A stretch of 64,000 bases of DNA from Elusimicrobiales bacterium (GTDB lineage Bacteria > Elusimicrobiota > Elusimicrobia > Elusimicrobiales > UBA9959). Under the pieces are notes generated by a model that did not search any database, had not been told where the DNA came from, and was given only the letters and a program-made list of their open reading frames with translations. The DNA lies in the NCBI GenBank assembly GCA_028688015.1, contig JAQTZB010000006.1, positions 107,381 to 171,380 of the forward strand, written 5' to 3'. The position numbers and the translations under genes are program-made. Below are positions 9,458-20,536 of this stretch, in pieces; position 1 is the first letter of the stretch, and each line of letters begins with the position of its first letter.

Positions 9458-10080
9458 AAAAATTCAAGCTGCCGGCCGGCAGGGCCGTGATAGGGCTGAC
9501 GGGGCCCATCGCCTCGGGCAAAAGCCTGGCGCTGGACCTCTTTATTAAGGAAGGTGCGCTGGGCATTTCGGCCGACGCGGTGTCGGCTTCCTTATTGACA
9601 GACCCCGCTTGTTATAATAGAATTCTTAAGAAGTTCAGCCCTGGTAAAATCCTCACAAACGGAAAACTGGACAAAAAGAAGCTGGCGGCCGAGATCTTCG
9701 GCTCACCGGCGAAGCGAAAATGGCTTGAAGCCCTGCTGCACCCGCGGATCCTGAGAAGAATTCACTCCCTAATAACCGGCTCCACAAAAAAAATAGCGGT
9801 TGTCGAGACGCCCCTGCTCTTCGAAGCGGGACTCGCGGAGTGTTTTACGTTCACGGTCTGCCTTGCGGCCCCGGCTAAAGTGCTGGAGGCCAGGGCCCTG
9901 GAGAGGGGCTGGAGCAGGGCGCAGTACCGCGGGCGGGTAAAGGCGCAGCTGACGGCGGAAGAAAAATACCGCCTGGCCGACATCGTCCTGGAGAATACGG
10001 GTTCCCGGCGCGAGCTGGCGAAAAGAATAAGCTTTATCTGCCGTTTCCTGAAGGAGACGGCCCAAGGAAAAAGGAAATAA
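9454..10080 (+). CDS. coaE: Dephospho-CoA kinase
   Basis: P-loop [11 protein letters not shown] near the N-terminus and ~200 aa length. GTGA overlap with the rhomboid stop. Confidence 0.8.
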   Translation: MKKFKLPAGRAVIGLTGPIASGKSLALDLFIKEGALGISADAVSASLLTDPACYNRILKKFSPGKILTNGKLDKKKLAAEIFGSPAKRKWLEALLHPRILRRIHSLITGSTKKIAVVETPLLFEAGLAECFTFTVCLAAPAKVLEARALERGWSRAQYRGRVKAQLTAEEKYRLADIVLENTGSRRELAKRISFICRFLKETAQGKRK

Positions 10081-11537
10081 TGAACGACTCACAGCAGGAA
10101 GAAAAAAAATTTCACCGGAGCCAGAACGGGGCTCCCAACGGCGGCCAGCGCCAGAACAACGGCGGCGACCAGCGCCGCGACGAGAGGGGAAACCAGAGAA
10201 TGAACGATAACAGGCAGCAGAACCAGGGCCAGGGCCAACAGGGCCAGCAGGGACAGAACCCCAACCCCAACCTGCCCAAGCTCGACATAGCCGGCATGAC
10301 CAAGATGACCGTGGCCGAGCTGGTAAAGATCGCCGAACAGTTCAACATGGAAGGCGTGGCCTCCCTGCGCAAGCAGGAGCTCATCGGCAAGATCATGGAA
10401 GCCCAGGCCAAGGCCAACGGAGTGGCCCAGGGCGAGGGCGTCCTCGAGGTGCTGCCGGACGGCTTCGGCTTCCTGCGCTCGCAGGAATACAACTACCTGT
10501 CCAGCCACGAAGATATTTACGTCTCCCCGTCGCAGATCAAGAAGCTCGGCCTGCGCAAGGGCGACGCCGTCAACGGCCTGATCCGCCCGCCCAAGGACGG
10601 CGAGCGCTTCTTTGCGCTGCTGCAGGTGAAGACTGTCAACGGCGTGGAGATAGAGAAAATAGCCCACCGCCCGCTGTTCGAGAACCTGACCCCGCTGCAC
10701 CCCAACAAGCGCTTCCTGACCGAGACCGCCAAGGGAGAGATGACCGGCCGCGTGATCGACCTCATCGTGCCCGTCGGCAAGGGCCAGCGCCAGCTCATCG
10801 TGGCCGCGCCCAAAACCGGCAAGACCATGATCCTGCAGCGCATCGCCAATTCCCTGGCCACCAACCACCCCGAGATCGAGCTCATCGTGCTGCTCATCGA
10901 CGAGCGCCCCGAGGAAGTCACCGACATGAAGCGCTCCGTGAAGGGCGAAGTGCTGGCCTCCACCTTCGACGAGCCGGCCGACCGCCACGTGCAGGTGGCC
11001 GAGATCGTGCTGGAGAAGGCAAAGCGCATCACCGAGATGGGCAAGGACGTCGTCGTGCTGCTCGACTCTATCACCCGCCTCGCGCGCGCCTACAACACCG
11101 TGGCTCCGTCTTCGGGCCGCGTGCTGTCCGGCGGTCTGGAATCCACTTCCCTGCAGCGCCCCAAGCGTTTCTTCGGCGCCGCCCGCAACATCGAGGAAGG
11201 CGGCTCCCTGACCATCATCGCCACCGCCCTCGTAGAGACCGGCAGCCGCATGGACGACGTGATCTTCGAGGAATTCAAGGGCACCGGCAACTCGGAAATT
11301 TACCTAGACCGCAAGCTGGCCGACCGCCGCATCTTCCCCGCCATCGACATCAACCGCACCTCGACCCGCAAGGAAGAGCTGCTGATGACCGACGACGAAC
11401 TGAATAAGGTGTGGATCCTGCGCAAGGTGCTGGCGCCGCTGTCCCCGGTGGACTCCATGGAGCTGCTGCTCTCCAAGCTGAACTCCACCAAGTCCAACAA
11501 GGACTTCCTGAAGTCCATGGAGATGGGCGGGCGCTGA
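10080..11537 (+). CDS. rho: Transcription termination factor Rho with a ~65-aa Q/N/G/R-rich N-terminal extension
   Basis: Rho N-terminal helix bundle ([13 protein letters not shown]), CSD-like RNA-binding domain ([14 protein letters not shown]), Walker A APKTGKT, Walker [11 protein letters not shown], and C-terminal RKEELL. Confidence 0.95.
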   Translation: MNDSQQEEKKFHRSQNGAPNGGQRQNNGGDQRRDERGNQRMNDNRQQNQGQGQQGQQGQNPNPNLPKLDIAGMTKMTVAELVKIAEQFNMEGVASLRKQELIGKIMEAQAKANGVAQGEGVLEVLPDGFGFLRSQEYNYLSSHEDIYVSPSQIKKLGLRKGDAVNGLIRPPKDGERFFALLQVKTVNGVEIEKIAHRPLFENLTPLHPNKRFLTETAKGEMTGRVIDLIVPVGKGQRQLIVAAPKTGKTMILQRIANSLATNHPEIELIVLLIDERPEEVTDMKRSVKGEVLASTFDEPADRHVQVAEIVLEKAKRITEMGKDVVVLLDSITRLARAYNTVAPSSGRVLSGGLESTSLQRPKRFFGAARNIEEGGSLTIIATALVETGSRMDDVIFEEFKGTGNSEIYLDRKLADRRIFPAIDINRTSTRKEELLMTDDELNKVWILRKVLAPLSPVDSMELLLSKLNSTKSNKDFLKSMEMGGR

Positions 11538-12463
11538 TGACGGCTGGGCGCTGGAAGATAGCCGCCGCGACGGGGGTGCTGCTGGCAACGGCGGCGCTCT
11601 CCTCGGCCGTGCTGCCTCCCATCTCGCCCTTCTACTACGCGCGCTTCTCCGTGCTGGTCCCGCCCGGGCCCGTGGAACCCCCGCCCGAGGCCTTTCGCCT
11701 GATCCCACGCCTCATCCACGCGCCGCACAAGGTGGTGAAGGGCGACAACGTGCGCAAGCTGGCCGCCGACTACGGCACCGACGTGCGCTCGCTGCAGAGC
11801 ACCAACGGCAACGAGTTCATCTTTATGAGCCGCGGCGGCAAGATCCGCGTGCACAACGGCAAGGGCCTGCTCTACGAAGTGACCGCCAACGGCGAGACCC
11901 TCGCCGGCATCGCCTCCCGCTACTGCTCCAAGGGCCGCGACCTGAAGGACTTCAAGTCGGAGATAGTGGCCGAGAACGGCCTGCCGCCCTCGGCGCTGCT
12001 GACCAACCATAAATTCGCCAAGGGCGACCGGGTCTACCTGCCGGCCGTCTATCTGAACCTGGACGCCTACCAGATGCCGCTGCGCAGTTTCGGGCGCATC
12101 AGTTCCAGCTTCGGCCGGCGCTATCACCCCATCCTCAAGCGCCGGGTCTTCCACAACGGCACCGATATCCCGATGCCGCTGGGGACGCCCGTTTATCCGT
12201 CCCGCTCCGGCATAGTGACTTTCTCCGGCTGGAAGGGGGGCTACGGCAACGTGGTGGAGGTCAGGCACAAGGACGGCTCCAGGTGCCGTTACGGCCACCT
12301 TTCCGAGACCAAAGTGGCCGTGGGCGAGGAGGTCCAGAAGTCCAGGACCCTGCTGGGCAAGGTAGGGTCTACGGGCCTTTCTACGGGGCCCCACCTGCAT
12401 TTCGAGATCCTGACCCCTTCCGGCAAGTCGATCAACCCGATGTCGAAAATAGGCCGGAAATAG
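11537..12463 (+). CDS. LysM-domain M23 family metallopeptidase
   Basis: Signal/TM segment, then two LysM-like segments ([17 protein letters not shown] and [17 protein letters not shown]). M23 motifs [16 protein letters not shown] and GPHLHFEI. The ATG overlaps the rho stop (TGATG). The ORF-track start at 11411 lies inside rho. Confidence 0.85.
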   Translation: MTAGRWKIAAATGVLLATAALSSAVLPPISPFYYARFSVLVPPGPVEPPPEAFRLIPRLIHAPHKVVKGDNVRKLAADYGTDVRSLQSTNGNEFIFMSRGGKIRVHNGKGLLYEVTANGETLAGIASRYCSKGRDLKDFKSEIVAENGLPPSALLTNHKFAKGDRVYLPAVYLNLDAYQMPLRSFGRISSSFGRRYHPILKRRVFHNGTDIPMPLGTPVYPSRSGIVTFSGWKGGYGNVVEVRHKDGSRCRYGHLSETKVAVGEEVQKSRTLLGKVGSTGLSTGPHLHFEILTPSGKSINPMSKIGRK

Positions 12464-12491
12464 CGGCCCGGCCCTTTGGGGCCAGGAATTA

Positions 12492-12500
12492 TGCTATAAT
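12492..12500 (+). promoter_or_regulatory. Candidate extended -10 promoter element (TGcTATAAT) for rpmE
   Basis: tgctataat lies 35 nt upstream of the rpmE ATG. No good -35 was seen. Confidence 0.4.
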
Positions 12501-12534
12501 TTACTTTCGCACCACTAATTTAGAGGACAAGACT

Positions 12535-12900
12535 ATGAAAAACGACATACACCCCAAGTACACTCTCTGCGAAGTCACCTGCGTCTGCGGGAACGCCTTC
12601 CAGACCCGCTCCGTGAAGCCCGCCATAAAAGTCGAGATGTGCTCGGCCTGCCACCCTTTCTACACCGGCAAGCAGAAGATGCTCGACACCGCCGGCCGCG
12701 TGGAGCGCTTCAACAAGAAGTTCGCCGCCACCGAGGGCAAGATGGTGGAGCGCAAGGTAAAGGCCACGGCCGTGAAGTCCGTGACCCCGCGCCACACCGC
12801 CAAGCGCAAGCTGACCTCCGCCGCCGCCGTCGCCAAGAAAGACGACAAGGCCCCGAAGGCCGCCGCCCCCAAGGCTGCGCCGAAAGCCGAGACGAAGTAG
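12535..12900 (+). CDS. rpmE: 50S ribosomal protein L31 (Zn-ribbon type) with a Lys/Ala-rich C-terminal extension
   Basis: MKNDIHPKY... start, Cys pairs C-V-C and [10 protein letters not shown]. The core of ~70 aa is followed by ~50 aa rich in K/A/P. The ATG at 12535 is preceded by agaggacaag. The ORF-track start at 12283 is an artefactual extension. Confidence 0.9.
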   Translation: MKNDIHPKYTLCEVTCVCGNAFQTRSVKPAIKVEMCSACHPFYTGKQKMLDTAGRVERFNKKFAATEGKMVERKVKATAVKSVTPRHTAKRKLTSAAAVAKKDDKAPKAAAPKAAPKAETK

Positions 12901-12911
12901 CGCCGCTCGAA

Positions 12912-12946
12912 GAACGGGCGTTCCGTAACCGGGACGCCCGTTTTTT
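12912..12946 (+). terminator. Rho-independent terminator
   Basis: Stem aacgggcgt / acgcccgtt with loop tccgtaaccggg, followed by tttttt (12941-12946). Confidence 0.75.
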
Positions 12947-12975
12947 CATGTCTGGGTACCGCAGCGTAGCCGCCT

Positions 12976-14023
<1,048 letters not shown>

Positions 14024-14049
<26 letters not shown>

Positions 14050-14866
14050 CTCAGAGGCGCGCCTTAGCGAAGCCGGGGTGGAAGAGCCGGGGCTGAACGC
14101 CCAGTGGCTGCTGGCCGACGCCATGGGCGTGGAGCGCCTGAGGCTGCTGGCCGAGCCGGACCTGCCGGTGCCGCCCGCCGCTCTGAAAAAATTCAAGGCC
14201 GGCCTGCTGCGCAAGGAGCAGGGGCTGCCGCTGGCCTATATCCTGGGCTGGCAGGACTTCCGCGGCCTGCGCATCGGCGTGGACGAGCGGGTGCTGGTGC
14301 CGCGCCCCGAGACCGAAGAGCTGGCGGGCCACGCCGCCGATTTCCTGGCCGGCAGGAAGGGCGAACTTTCCGCGCTGGATTACGGCGCGGGTTCCGGGGC
14401 CATAGGCCTCTGGCTGGCGCACCGCTTTCAGGGCCTGCGCGTGACCGCGGCGGAAATTTCCGCCCGCGCCCTGGCCTGCGCCCGGGAGAACGCCGGAGAG
14501 CTGGGCCTGGCGTCCCGCATGAAATTCGTCAAGGCCGCCACGCTCGGGCCGCTGCGCGGCCCTTTCGATGTGATAGTTTCCAACCCGCCCTATATCCCCA
14601 CCCGCGTGATCCCGGGCCTGGCGCCCGAGGTGCTCAGCGAGCCCAAGGTGGCGCTGGACGGCGGCAGCGACGGGCTGGATATCGCCCGCATGCTGACGCG
14701 GCTGGCGCCCGCGCGGCTGAAGCGGGGCGGCGCGCTGATCCTGGAGCTGGGCGGCGGGCAGCCGAAGACGCTGCTGGCCGGGCTGCCGGACAAACTCTGG
14801 AAGGAAAAGAAAATGTTCAGGGACATCTGCGGGATAGAACGGTTCCTGTTCGCGAGGAAAAACTAA
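14024..14866 (+). CDS. prmC: Release factor glutamine N5-methyltransferase
   Basis: SAM-binding [10 protein letters not shown] and catalytic NPPY (VSNPPYIP). Sits directly after prfA with a 26-nt overlap. Confidence 0.9.
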
Positions 14867-16122
14867 TGGATAATTTCGTGATCCGCGGCGGCAGGCCGCT
14901 GAACGGCCAGGCGACGATCAGCGGCTCCAAGAACGCGGCCCTGCCCATCCTGGCGGCCACGCTGCTGACGCGCGAGAAATCCGAGATCAAGAACGTGCCG
15001 GAGCTGATGGACATAAAGTCCACCTTCGAGCTGCTCAACTACCTGGGCAAGAACTGCTTCTACGGCTACGGCAACTTCGTCGTGGAGGAGCGCGCGGGCC
15101 TGAAGCAGCACGCCCCGTACGACCTGGTGCGCAAGATGCGCGCCTCGGTGCTGGTGGCCGGCCCGCTGCTGGCCCGGTTCAAGAAGGTCCGCTTTTCGCT
15201 GCCAGGCGGCTGCTCCATCGGTATGCGCCCCATAGACATCCACCTGGAAGGCTTTAAAAAGCTCGGCGCCGTGGTCTCTTACGAGAAGGGCGACGTGATC
15301 CTGTCCGCCAGGAAGCTTAAGGCCGGCAGGGTGAAGTTCCGCTTCCCGAGCGTTGGGGCCACCGAGAACCTGATGATGTGCGCCGCGCTGATCGAGGGCA
15401 CCACCGTCCTGGAGAACTGCGCGCGGGAGCCGGAGATAGAGGATCTGGCCGCGGCGCTGGTCAAGATGGGCGCTAAAGTCGAGGGGGCGGGCTCTCCCAC
15501 CATAAAGGTGACCGGCGCCGCCAAGCTCAAGGGCCTGAAGCATACCGTGATGCCCGACCGCATAGAGACCGGCACCTTCATGCTGCTGTGCGCGGCCGCC
15601 GGCGGCCGCGTGCGCCTGCTCAACACCGCGCCCAAGACGCTGACCGCCCTGATAAAGGCCATGCAGAAGGCCGGCGTGAAGATAAACTGCTTCAAGGATT
15701 CCATGGAGGTCGTAGCCCCGCACGGCCGCCCCAAACCGGTCAGCGTGGACACCAAGCCGCACCCGGGCTTCCCTACGGATCTGCAGGCCCCGTGGATGGT
15801 TTTCATGGCCCGGGCCAACGGCACCAGCGAGGTGCACGAACATATTTTCGAGAACCGCTTCATGCACGCGCCGGAGCTGGTGCGCATGGGCGCCGACATC
15901 ACCGTGCTCGACCGCAAGGCCGTGGTGCGCGGTGTGCCCCAACTGCTGGGCGCGCCGGTGATGTGCTCCGACATCCGCGCCGGCGCCGCCATGGTGGTGG
16001 CCGCCGCCGCGGCGAAAGGCAAGACGCTGATCCGCCGCATTTACCACATAGACCGCGGCTATGAGAAGCTGGAACACAAGCTCAAGGACTTGGGCGTGGA
16101 CGCTTCCAGGGTAAAAGCGTAG
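14866..16122 (+). CDS. murA: UDP-N-acetylglucosamine 1-carboxyvinyltransferase
   Basis: [34 protein letters not shown] is a classic MurA N-terminus. 418 aa from the ATG at 14866 (TAATG overlap with prmC). The 254 upstream residues of the ORF-track entry are an out-of-frame read through prmC. Confidence 0.95.
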   Translation: MDNFVIRGGRPLNGQATISGSKNAALPILAATLLTREKSEIKNVPELMDIKSTFELLNYLGKNCFYGYGNFVVEERAGLKQHAPYDLVRKMRASVLVAGPLLARFKKVRFSLPGGCSIGMRPIDIHLEGFKKLGAVVSYEKGDVILSARKLKAGRVKFRFPSVGATENLMMCAALIEGTTVLENCAREPEIEDLAAALVKMGAKVEGAGSPTIKVTGAAKLKGLKHTVMPDRIETGTFMLLCAAAGGRVRLLNTAPKTLTALIKAMQKAGVKINCFKDSMEVVAPHGRPKPVSVDTKPHPGFPTDLQAPWMVFMARANGTSEVHEHIFENRFMHAPELVRMGADITVLDRKAVVRGVPQLLGAPVMCSDIRAGAAMVVAAAAAKGKTLIRRIYHIDRGYEKLEHKLKDLGVDASRVKA

Positions 16123-16158
16123 CGCCGGAGGGGCAGGGGGAGGGAGACCGCAAGCCCG

Positions 16159-17433
16159 ATGACTTTCGAAGAAGCTAAGAAGATACTCATCTCGCGGCAG
16201 GATTTCGTCAAGAAGGACGGGTTCGGCCGCGTCTACGCCTGCCTGGACAGACTCGGCAACCCGCAGCAGCGGCTGAAGACGGTGCACGTCACCGGTACCA
16301 ACGGCAAGGGCTCCGCCTGCGCCCTGCTGGAGGCCGCCGCGCGCGCGGCCGGCCTGAAGACCGGGCTGTTCATCTCGCCCCACCTGGTCAGCATGACCGA
16401 GCGCATCAGGGTCTCCGGAGTCAATATAACAGAGGCGGACTTCGCCGCGCTCTTCTCCGAGGTCTATGCCGCCGGCCCCGACCTCAGCTTCTTCGAGCTG
16501 CTCACCTGCATGGCCTTCGTGCATTTCGACCGCGTGAAGACGGACCTGGCCGTGATAGAGGTGGGCATAGGCGGCCGCTTCGACACCACCAACGTGCTGG
16601 CGAAGCCGGAACTGAGCCTGATAACCTCCATAGCTTTCGACCATAAGAAATACCTGGGCCACACCCTGGGCGAGATCGCGGCGCAGAAGGCCGGCATCAT
16701 CAAGCCCGGCGGCATCTGCGTGGCGCCTATCCTGCCGCCGGAGGCCCGGGTTGAGATCTCGCGGGAGGCGGCGGAGCGGGGCGCACAGTGCCATTTCTTC
16801 GCGCCGAGCTTCGAGATAGCGGACCGGGACTGGGAGAAGAGCCGCCTGCTGCTGCGGCACAAGAAGACCGGAGAGCTTTACCCCTTCGGCATCATGGGCG
16901 AGCGGCAAGTCTCCAACGCCACGGTGGTCTGGGAGGCCTTGGAGCTCCTGCGAGGCCTGGGCTGGCCCATCAGCCGCGCGCACGCCGCCGCGGGCTTCGC
17001 TTCGGTTAGCTGGCCGGCCCGCTTCCAGGCGCTGCGGGCCGGGGCCGCCTTCGGGGGCGCGCTGTTCGTGGTGGACGGGGCCCATAACGAGGAAGCCGCG
17101 CGCGCCTTCGCCGCCACCTGGACGCAGTCGCCTTTCGCCGCTAAAAAGCCCGCTTTCGTGATGGGCATGCTGCAGGATAAGGAGCGCCGCGGCATCCTGG
17201 AGCTGCTGGCGCCGCTGGCGGATAAATTCGTTTTTACGCAGCCGGATTCCTCGCGCGCCGCGGACCCGTGCGCGCTGGCCGACGAACTGACGGCCCTGCG
17301 GCCAGGCGCCGAGGCCGAGGTGCAGGAAGACATAAGGGCGGCGCTGAAGGCGGCGTCCGCCGCGGGCACGGCCGCCGTAGTGGGCTCGTTCTACCTGGCG
17401 GGCTCGGCGCTGGAAATACTAGGGGAGAAATAG
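16159..17433 (+). CDS. folC: Bifunctional folylpolyglutamate synthase / dihydrofolate synthase
   Basis: Mur-ligase family P-loop HVTGTNGKGS and 424 aa with FolC-like organisation. Confidence 0.85.
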   Translation: MTFEEAKKILISRQDFVKKDGFGRVYACLDRLGNPQQRLKTVHVTGTNGKGSACALLEAAARAAGLKTGLFISPHLVSMTERIRVSGVNITEADFAALFSEVYAAGPDLSFFELLTCMAFVHFDRVKTDLAVIEVGIGGRFDTTNVLAKPELSLITSIAFDHKKYLGHTLGEIAAQKAGIIKPGGICVAPILPPEARVEISREAAERGAQCHFFAPSFEIADRDWEKSRLLLRHKKTGELYPFGIMGERQVSNATVVWEALELLRGLGWPISRAHAAAGFASVSWPARFQALRAGAAFGGALFVVDGAHNEEAARAFAATWTQSPFAAKKPAFVMGMLQDKERRGILELLAPLADKFVFTQPDSSRAADPCALADELTALRPGAEAEVQEDIRAALKAASAAGTAAVVGSFYLAGSALEILGEK

Positions 17434-17441
17434 GAGAAGAT

Positions 17442-18386
17442 ATGCTGGGCATAGGCATAGACATTGGCGGCACCAACACCAAGCTGGTGGTGGTCAACCG
17501 GGCCGGCAAGGCGCTGGCGCACGAGAGATTTAAAACGGAAGCCTGCGAGGGCCCCGCCTCCTTCCTGAAGCGGCTGGGCGCCGCGGTAGGGGAGCTGCGG
17601 CGCGATTACGGCCGGCAGCTGGTCTCCATCGGCATGGGCGCGGCGGGAGACGTGGACCCGGAGCGCGGCGTGCTGCGCTTCGCCCCCAACCTGGGCTGGC
17701 GCAACGTGAAGCTGGCCGGGCCGCTGGAGAAACTCACCGGCCTGCCCTGCGCCATGGAGAACGACGCCAACATGGCCGCGTGGGGCGCCTACGAGATAGA
17801 GCTTGGCCGCAAATACGAGGACGTGCTCGCGCTGACCCTCGGCACCGGCATCGGCTCCGGCATGATCCTCGGCGGCAAGCTTTACCACGGCGCCAGCGGC
17901 ACCGCCGGCGAGGCCGGGCACATGAAGATCGTGCCTGCAGGCCGCCTGTGCGGCTGCGGCGGCAAGGGCTGTTTGGAGGCCTACTGCGGCAGCCACGCCA
18001 TCATGGCGCGCGCCGGCGAATTGATAAAGAACGAGGCCGCCTTCGTTAAAAAATATGCGGCCCCGGACCGGCAGCGCTTCAACACCATCTGCCTGACCAA
18101 CGCCGCCGAGGCCGGCCACGCCGCGGCCCGCCGGGTCTGGGCCGAGACGGGCCAGTACCTTGGCGCCGGCATCGCCGCGCTGATCCTGGTGCTGAACCCC
18201 GGCTGCGTAGTGCTGACCGGGGGCGTCTCCAGGGCTCGCAAATGGTTCCTCCCCTCGCTGCGCAAGGCGCTGTGCGGCCAGCAGATAAGGACGCCCTTCG
18301 AGCGGGTTAAGATAAAGATCTCCGGCGACGCCGACCTGGGTTCCAACGGCGCGGCGTTGTTCGGGCTGGAGCGGGCGCTCAAGTAA
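17442..18386 (+). CDS. ROK family sugar kinase (glucokinase-like)
   Basis: N-terminal GIDIGGTNTK, ROK signature and zinc motif GHMKI...CGCGGKGCLE. The ATG at 17442 follows ggagaagat. The ORF-track start at 17268 lies inside folC. Confidence 0.85.
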   Translation: MLGIGIDIGGTNTKLVVVNRAGKALAHERFKTEACEGPASFLKRLGAAVGELRRDYGRQLVSIGMGAAGDVDPERGVLRFAPNLGWRNVKLAGPLEKLTGLPCAMENDANMAAWGAYEIELGRKYEDVLALTLGTGIGSGMILGGKLYHGASGTAGEAGHMKIVPAGRLCGCGGKGCLEAYCGSHAIMARAGELIKNEAAFVKKYAAPDRQRFNTICLTNAAEAGHAAARRVWAETGQYLGAGIAALILVLNPGCVVLTGGVSRARKWFLPSLRKALCGQQIRTPFERVKIKISGDADLGSNGAALFGLERALK

Positions 18387-18395
18387 AGGAAACCT

Positions 18396-20477
18396 TTGAA
18401 CAAACTGCTCGCCGCCGTCCTGCTCGCCGCGGCCGCCGTTAACTCGGCGGCCTACGAGCTGCCGTCCTCCACCGGCACTCACCGCGTGCGCTTCGAGGCG
18501 GACGCCGCCGGCTTCAACGAGTACACCCGCGAGATAGACCTGGAGGGAAACGTCCGCCTGGAAGAGCTCTCGCCCGAAGGCAAGCAGCTCAAGCTGGTGC
18601 GGGCCCGCCGCCTGGCGGTGAGCATGTCCAGCCGCACGGTGACGGCGCCGGAAGATTTTGTGATGGACGACGACACCGGCACCGTCTACGGCCGCAGCGG
18701 CTTCTACGACTACGGCAACAGCGCGGGCGTCATCAACGACGGCCGCTTCCTGATAAAGAATTTCGTCTTCCGCGGCCGCTCGGTCAGCTTCGACCGGGAC
18801 GGCTACACCTACAAGCGGGCCAGCCTGACCAGTTGCGACGAGGACCCGCCCCATTACCGGCTGCGCGCCTCGCGCATCTACCTCTACCCGGACCGCTACT
18901 TCCTGGCCTACAACACCGTGTTCTTCCTGGGCAAGATCCCGGTCTTCTACTTCCCTGTCGTCTATAAGCCCATGGGCCGCGGCACGCCCTTCGTCAGCAG
19001 CTTCTTCCCCGGCTACGACGAGCGCAACGGCTTCTTCATCAAGTCCAACTACCTCTACCGCGTCAACCCCAACATCCGGGTCAAGGCCTACCTGGACTAT
19101 TTCGCCCGGCGCGGCGTGGGCATGGGCGGAGAGTTCGATTACCGCCAGCCGGAGAAGAACATCTCCAACATCTCGGCCTACCGCATCCGCGAGTATGGCC
19201 GCGAGACCGACCGCTGGGGCCTCAACGGCGGTTACTGGCACTCTTTCAACAAGTTCAACGAGTCCGACCCGGCGCAGTACTACAGCCAGGCCTTCTTCCG
19301 GCTGATCTCGGACCCGTCGTTCAACAATGATTTCTTCCGCACCAACCCGTTCGCGGTCAGTCCGGACAAGCAGGCCAGCGTGGCCTTCACGCGCAAGACC
19401 AACTACACGGTCACGCGCGTGAGCGCCTACGGCCGCGACGAGCGCGACCCGGCGGACCCGGAAAAGTTCAAGAAGGCCTACGAGTCGGCCCCGCGCCTGG
19501 ATTTCAATACGGTGCCGTTCAAGGTGCTGAAGCTGCCCGTGCTCAATTCCTTCACCGGTTACTTCGAAAACGCCAAGGACGTCGGCGTGCCTTATTACCA
19601 GACGAAGGGGCGCGGCGCCTGGACCGTCTCCAAAACGCTGCCGCTCAGCCGCCGGGTGACGGCGTCCCCCTCGGTCTTTTACGACCAGGCGGTGTTCCTT
19701 TCCACCGCGCCTGCGACAGAGAACGCCTGGGTGGGCCGCTACGGCGGCGCGCTGAACCTGCGCTACGACCGGATGTGGGGTTCGCTGGACCTGCGCTACT
19801 CCTACGCGCGCCGGCTGCGCCCCAACAAGCTCTCCGACGACCTTTCCGCCGCCGACAAGGGCCAGGAGGCCGACTCCGTGGCCGCCGACCTGTTCCTCAT
19901 GCCGCGCCGCAACGCCTATTTCCGGGCGCGGACCTCGTACGACCTGCGCAATTATTACACGGCGCAATTCTCCAGCCGCCTGTCGCCGCTGATCACCGAG
20001 GCCTATTACGCGCCCCGCGCCACCCTGGACCTGTACGCCCAGAATTCCTTCAACTTCGCCTCCGGCAACCAGGCTTTCGTGGCGCAGGCCACCGCCGGCG
20101 GCAAAGAGACCTACTTCGGGGCGGGCCTGGCCAACTACAACACCGATTCCGAGGCCTGGATAGTGAGCAACACCTTCGGCTTCCGCCCCTGGCGCTCCTC
20201 CAAATGGCGCGCCGAGGCCATCCTGCGCTACCGCGCGGTGCCGGGGCACCTGCCGCAGTTCAAGACCTTCAAGTTCTTCGAGAAGGCCGTCACGCTTTAC
20301 AGGGATTTCCACGACTTCCGCACGCGCTGGGATTTCCGCGTGCGCTCCGGCGGCGTCAACGAGTTCTTCTTCTTCGTCAATCTGAAGATGAACGACCCGG
20401 TGCGCTACGACAGCCTGGAGGAGAAGTCGCGCCAGTTCTGGCGCCCGTGGCGCCAGGAAGGCGCCGTAAGGGATTAG
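18396..20477 (+). CDS. lptD: LPS-assembly outer membrane protein LptD (OstA family)
   Basis: Signal peptide and an OstA-like N-terminal domain. The characteristic segment LTSCDEDPPHYRLRASRIYLYPDRYF...GKIPVFYFPVVYKPM is present. The C-terminal region is large and aromatic-rich, consistent with a beta-barrel. TTG start preceded by aggaaa. Confidence 0.75.
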   Translation: MNKLLAAVLLAAAAVNSAAYELPSSTGTHRVRFEADAAGFNEYTREIDLEGNVRLEELSPEGKQLKLVRARRLAVSMSSRTVTAPEDFVMDDDTGTVYGRSGFYDYGNSAGVINDGRFLIKNFVFRGRSVSFDRDGYTYKRASLTSCDEDPPHYRLRASRIYLYPDRYFLAYNTVFFLGKIPVFYFPVVYKPMGRGTPFVSSFFPGYDERNGFFIKSNYLYRVNPNIRVKAYLDYFARRGVGMGGEFDYRQPEKNISNISAYRIREYGRETDRWGLNGGYWHSFNKFNESDPAQYYSQAFFRLISDPSFNNDFFRTNPFAVSPDKQASVAFTRKTNYTVTRVSAYGRDERDPADPEKFKKAYESAPRLDFNTVPFKVLKLPVLNSFTGYFENAKDVGVPYYQTKGRGAWTVSKTLPLSRRVTASPSVFYDQAVFLSTAPATENAWVGRYGGALNLRYDRMWGSLDLRYSYARRLRPNKLSDDLSAADKGQEADSVAADLFLMPRRNAYFRARTSYDLRNYYTAQFSSRLSPLITEAYYAPRATLDLYAQNSFNFASGNQAFVAQATAGGKETYFGAGLANYNTDSEAWIVSNTFGFRPWRSSKWRAEAILRYRAVPGHLPQFKTFKFFEKAVTLYRDFHDFRTRWDFRVRSGGVNEFFFFVNLKMNDPVRYDSLEEKSRQFWRPWRQEGAVRD

Positions 20478-20536
20478 CGGCCTTCGTTCTGAAGGCGGCG
20501 CTTCGCGGATAATTTAATTTTTATGGCGCGGCCGGG

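Noticed and set aside
14104-14865. N-terminal 254-aa extension of the murA ORF. Similar upstream extensions occur at 11411-11536 (M23 peptidase), 12283-12534 (rpmE), 17268-17441 (ROK kinase), 55897-55968 (PorV-like 2), 59558-59923 (nusB) and 30567-30605 (giant protein 1).
   Set aside because: The extensions overlap the preceding gene in another frame or cross intergenic DNA. They are Arg/Pro/Gly-rich nonsense. Each is followed by an internal ATG that gives the canonical N-terminus, usually with an RBS or start/stop coupling.
20478-20536. A terminator between the convergent lptD and NMO-like genes.
   Set aside because: Only a 6-bp stem (gccttc/gaaggc) without flanking T or A tracts. Too weak to call.
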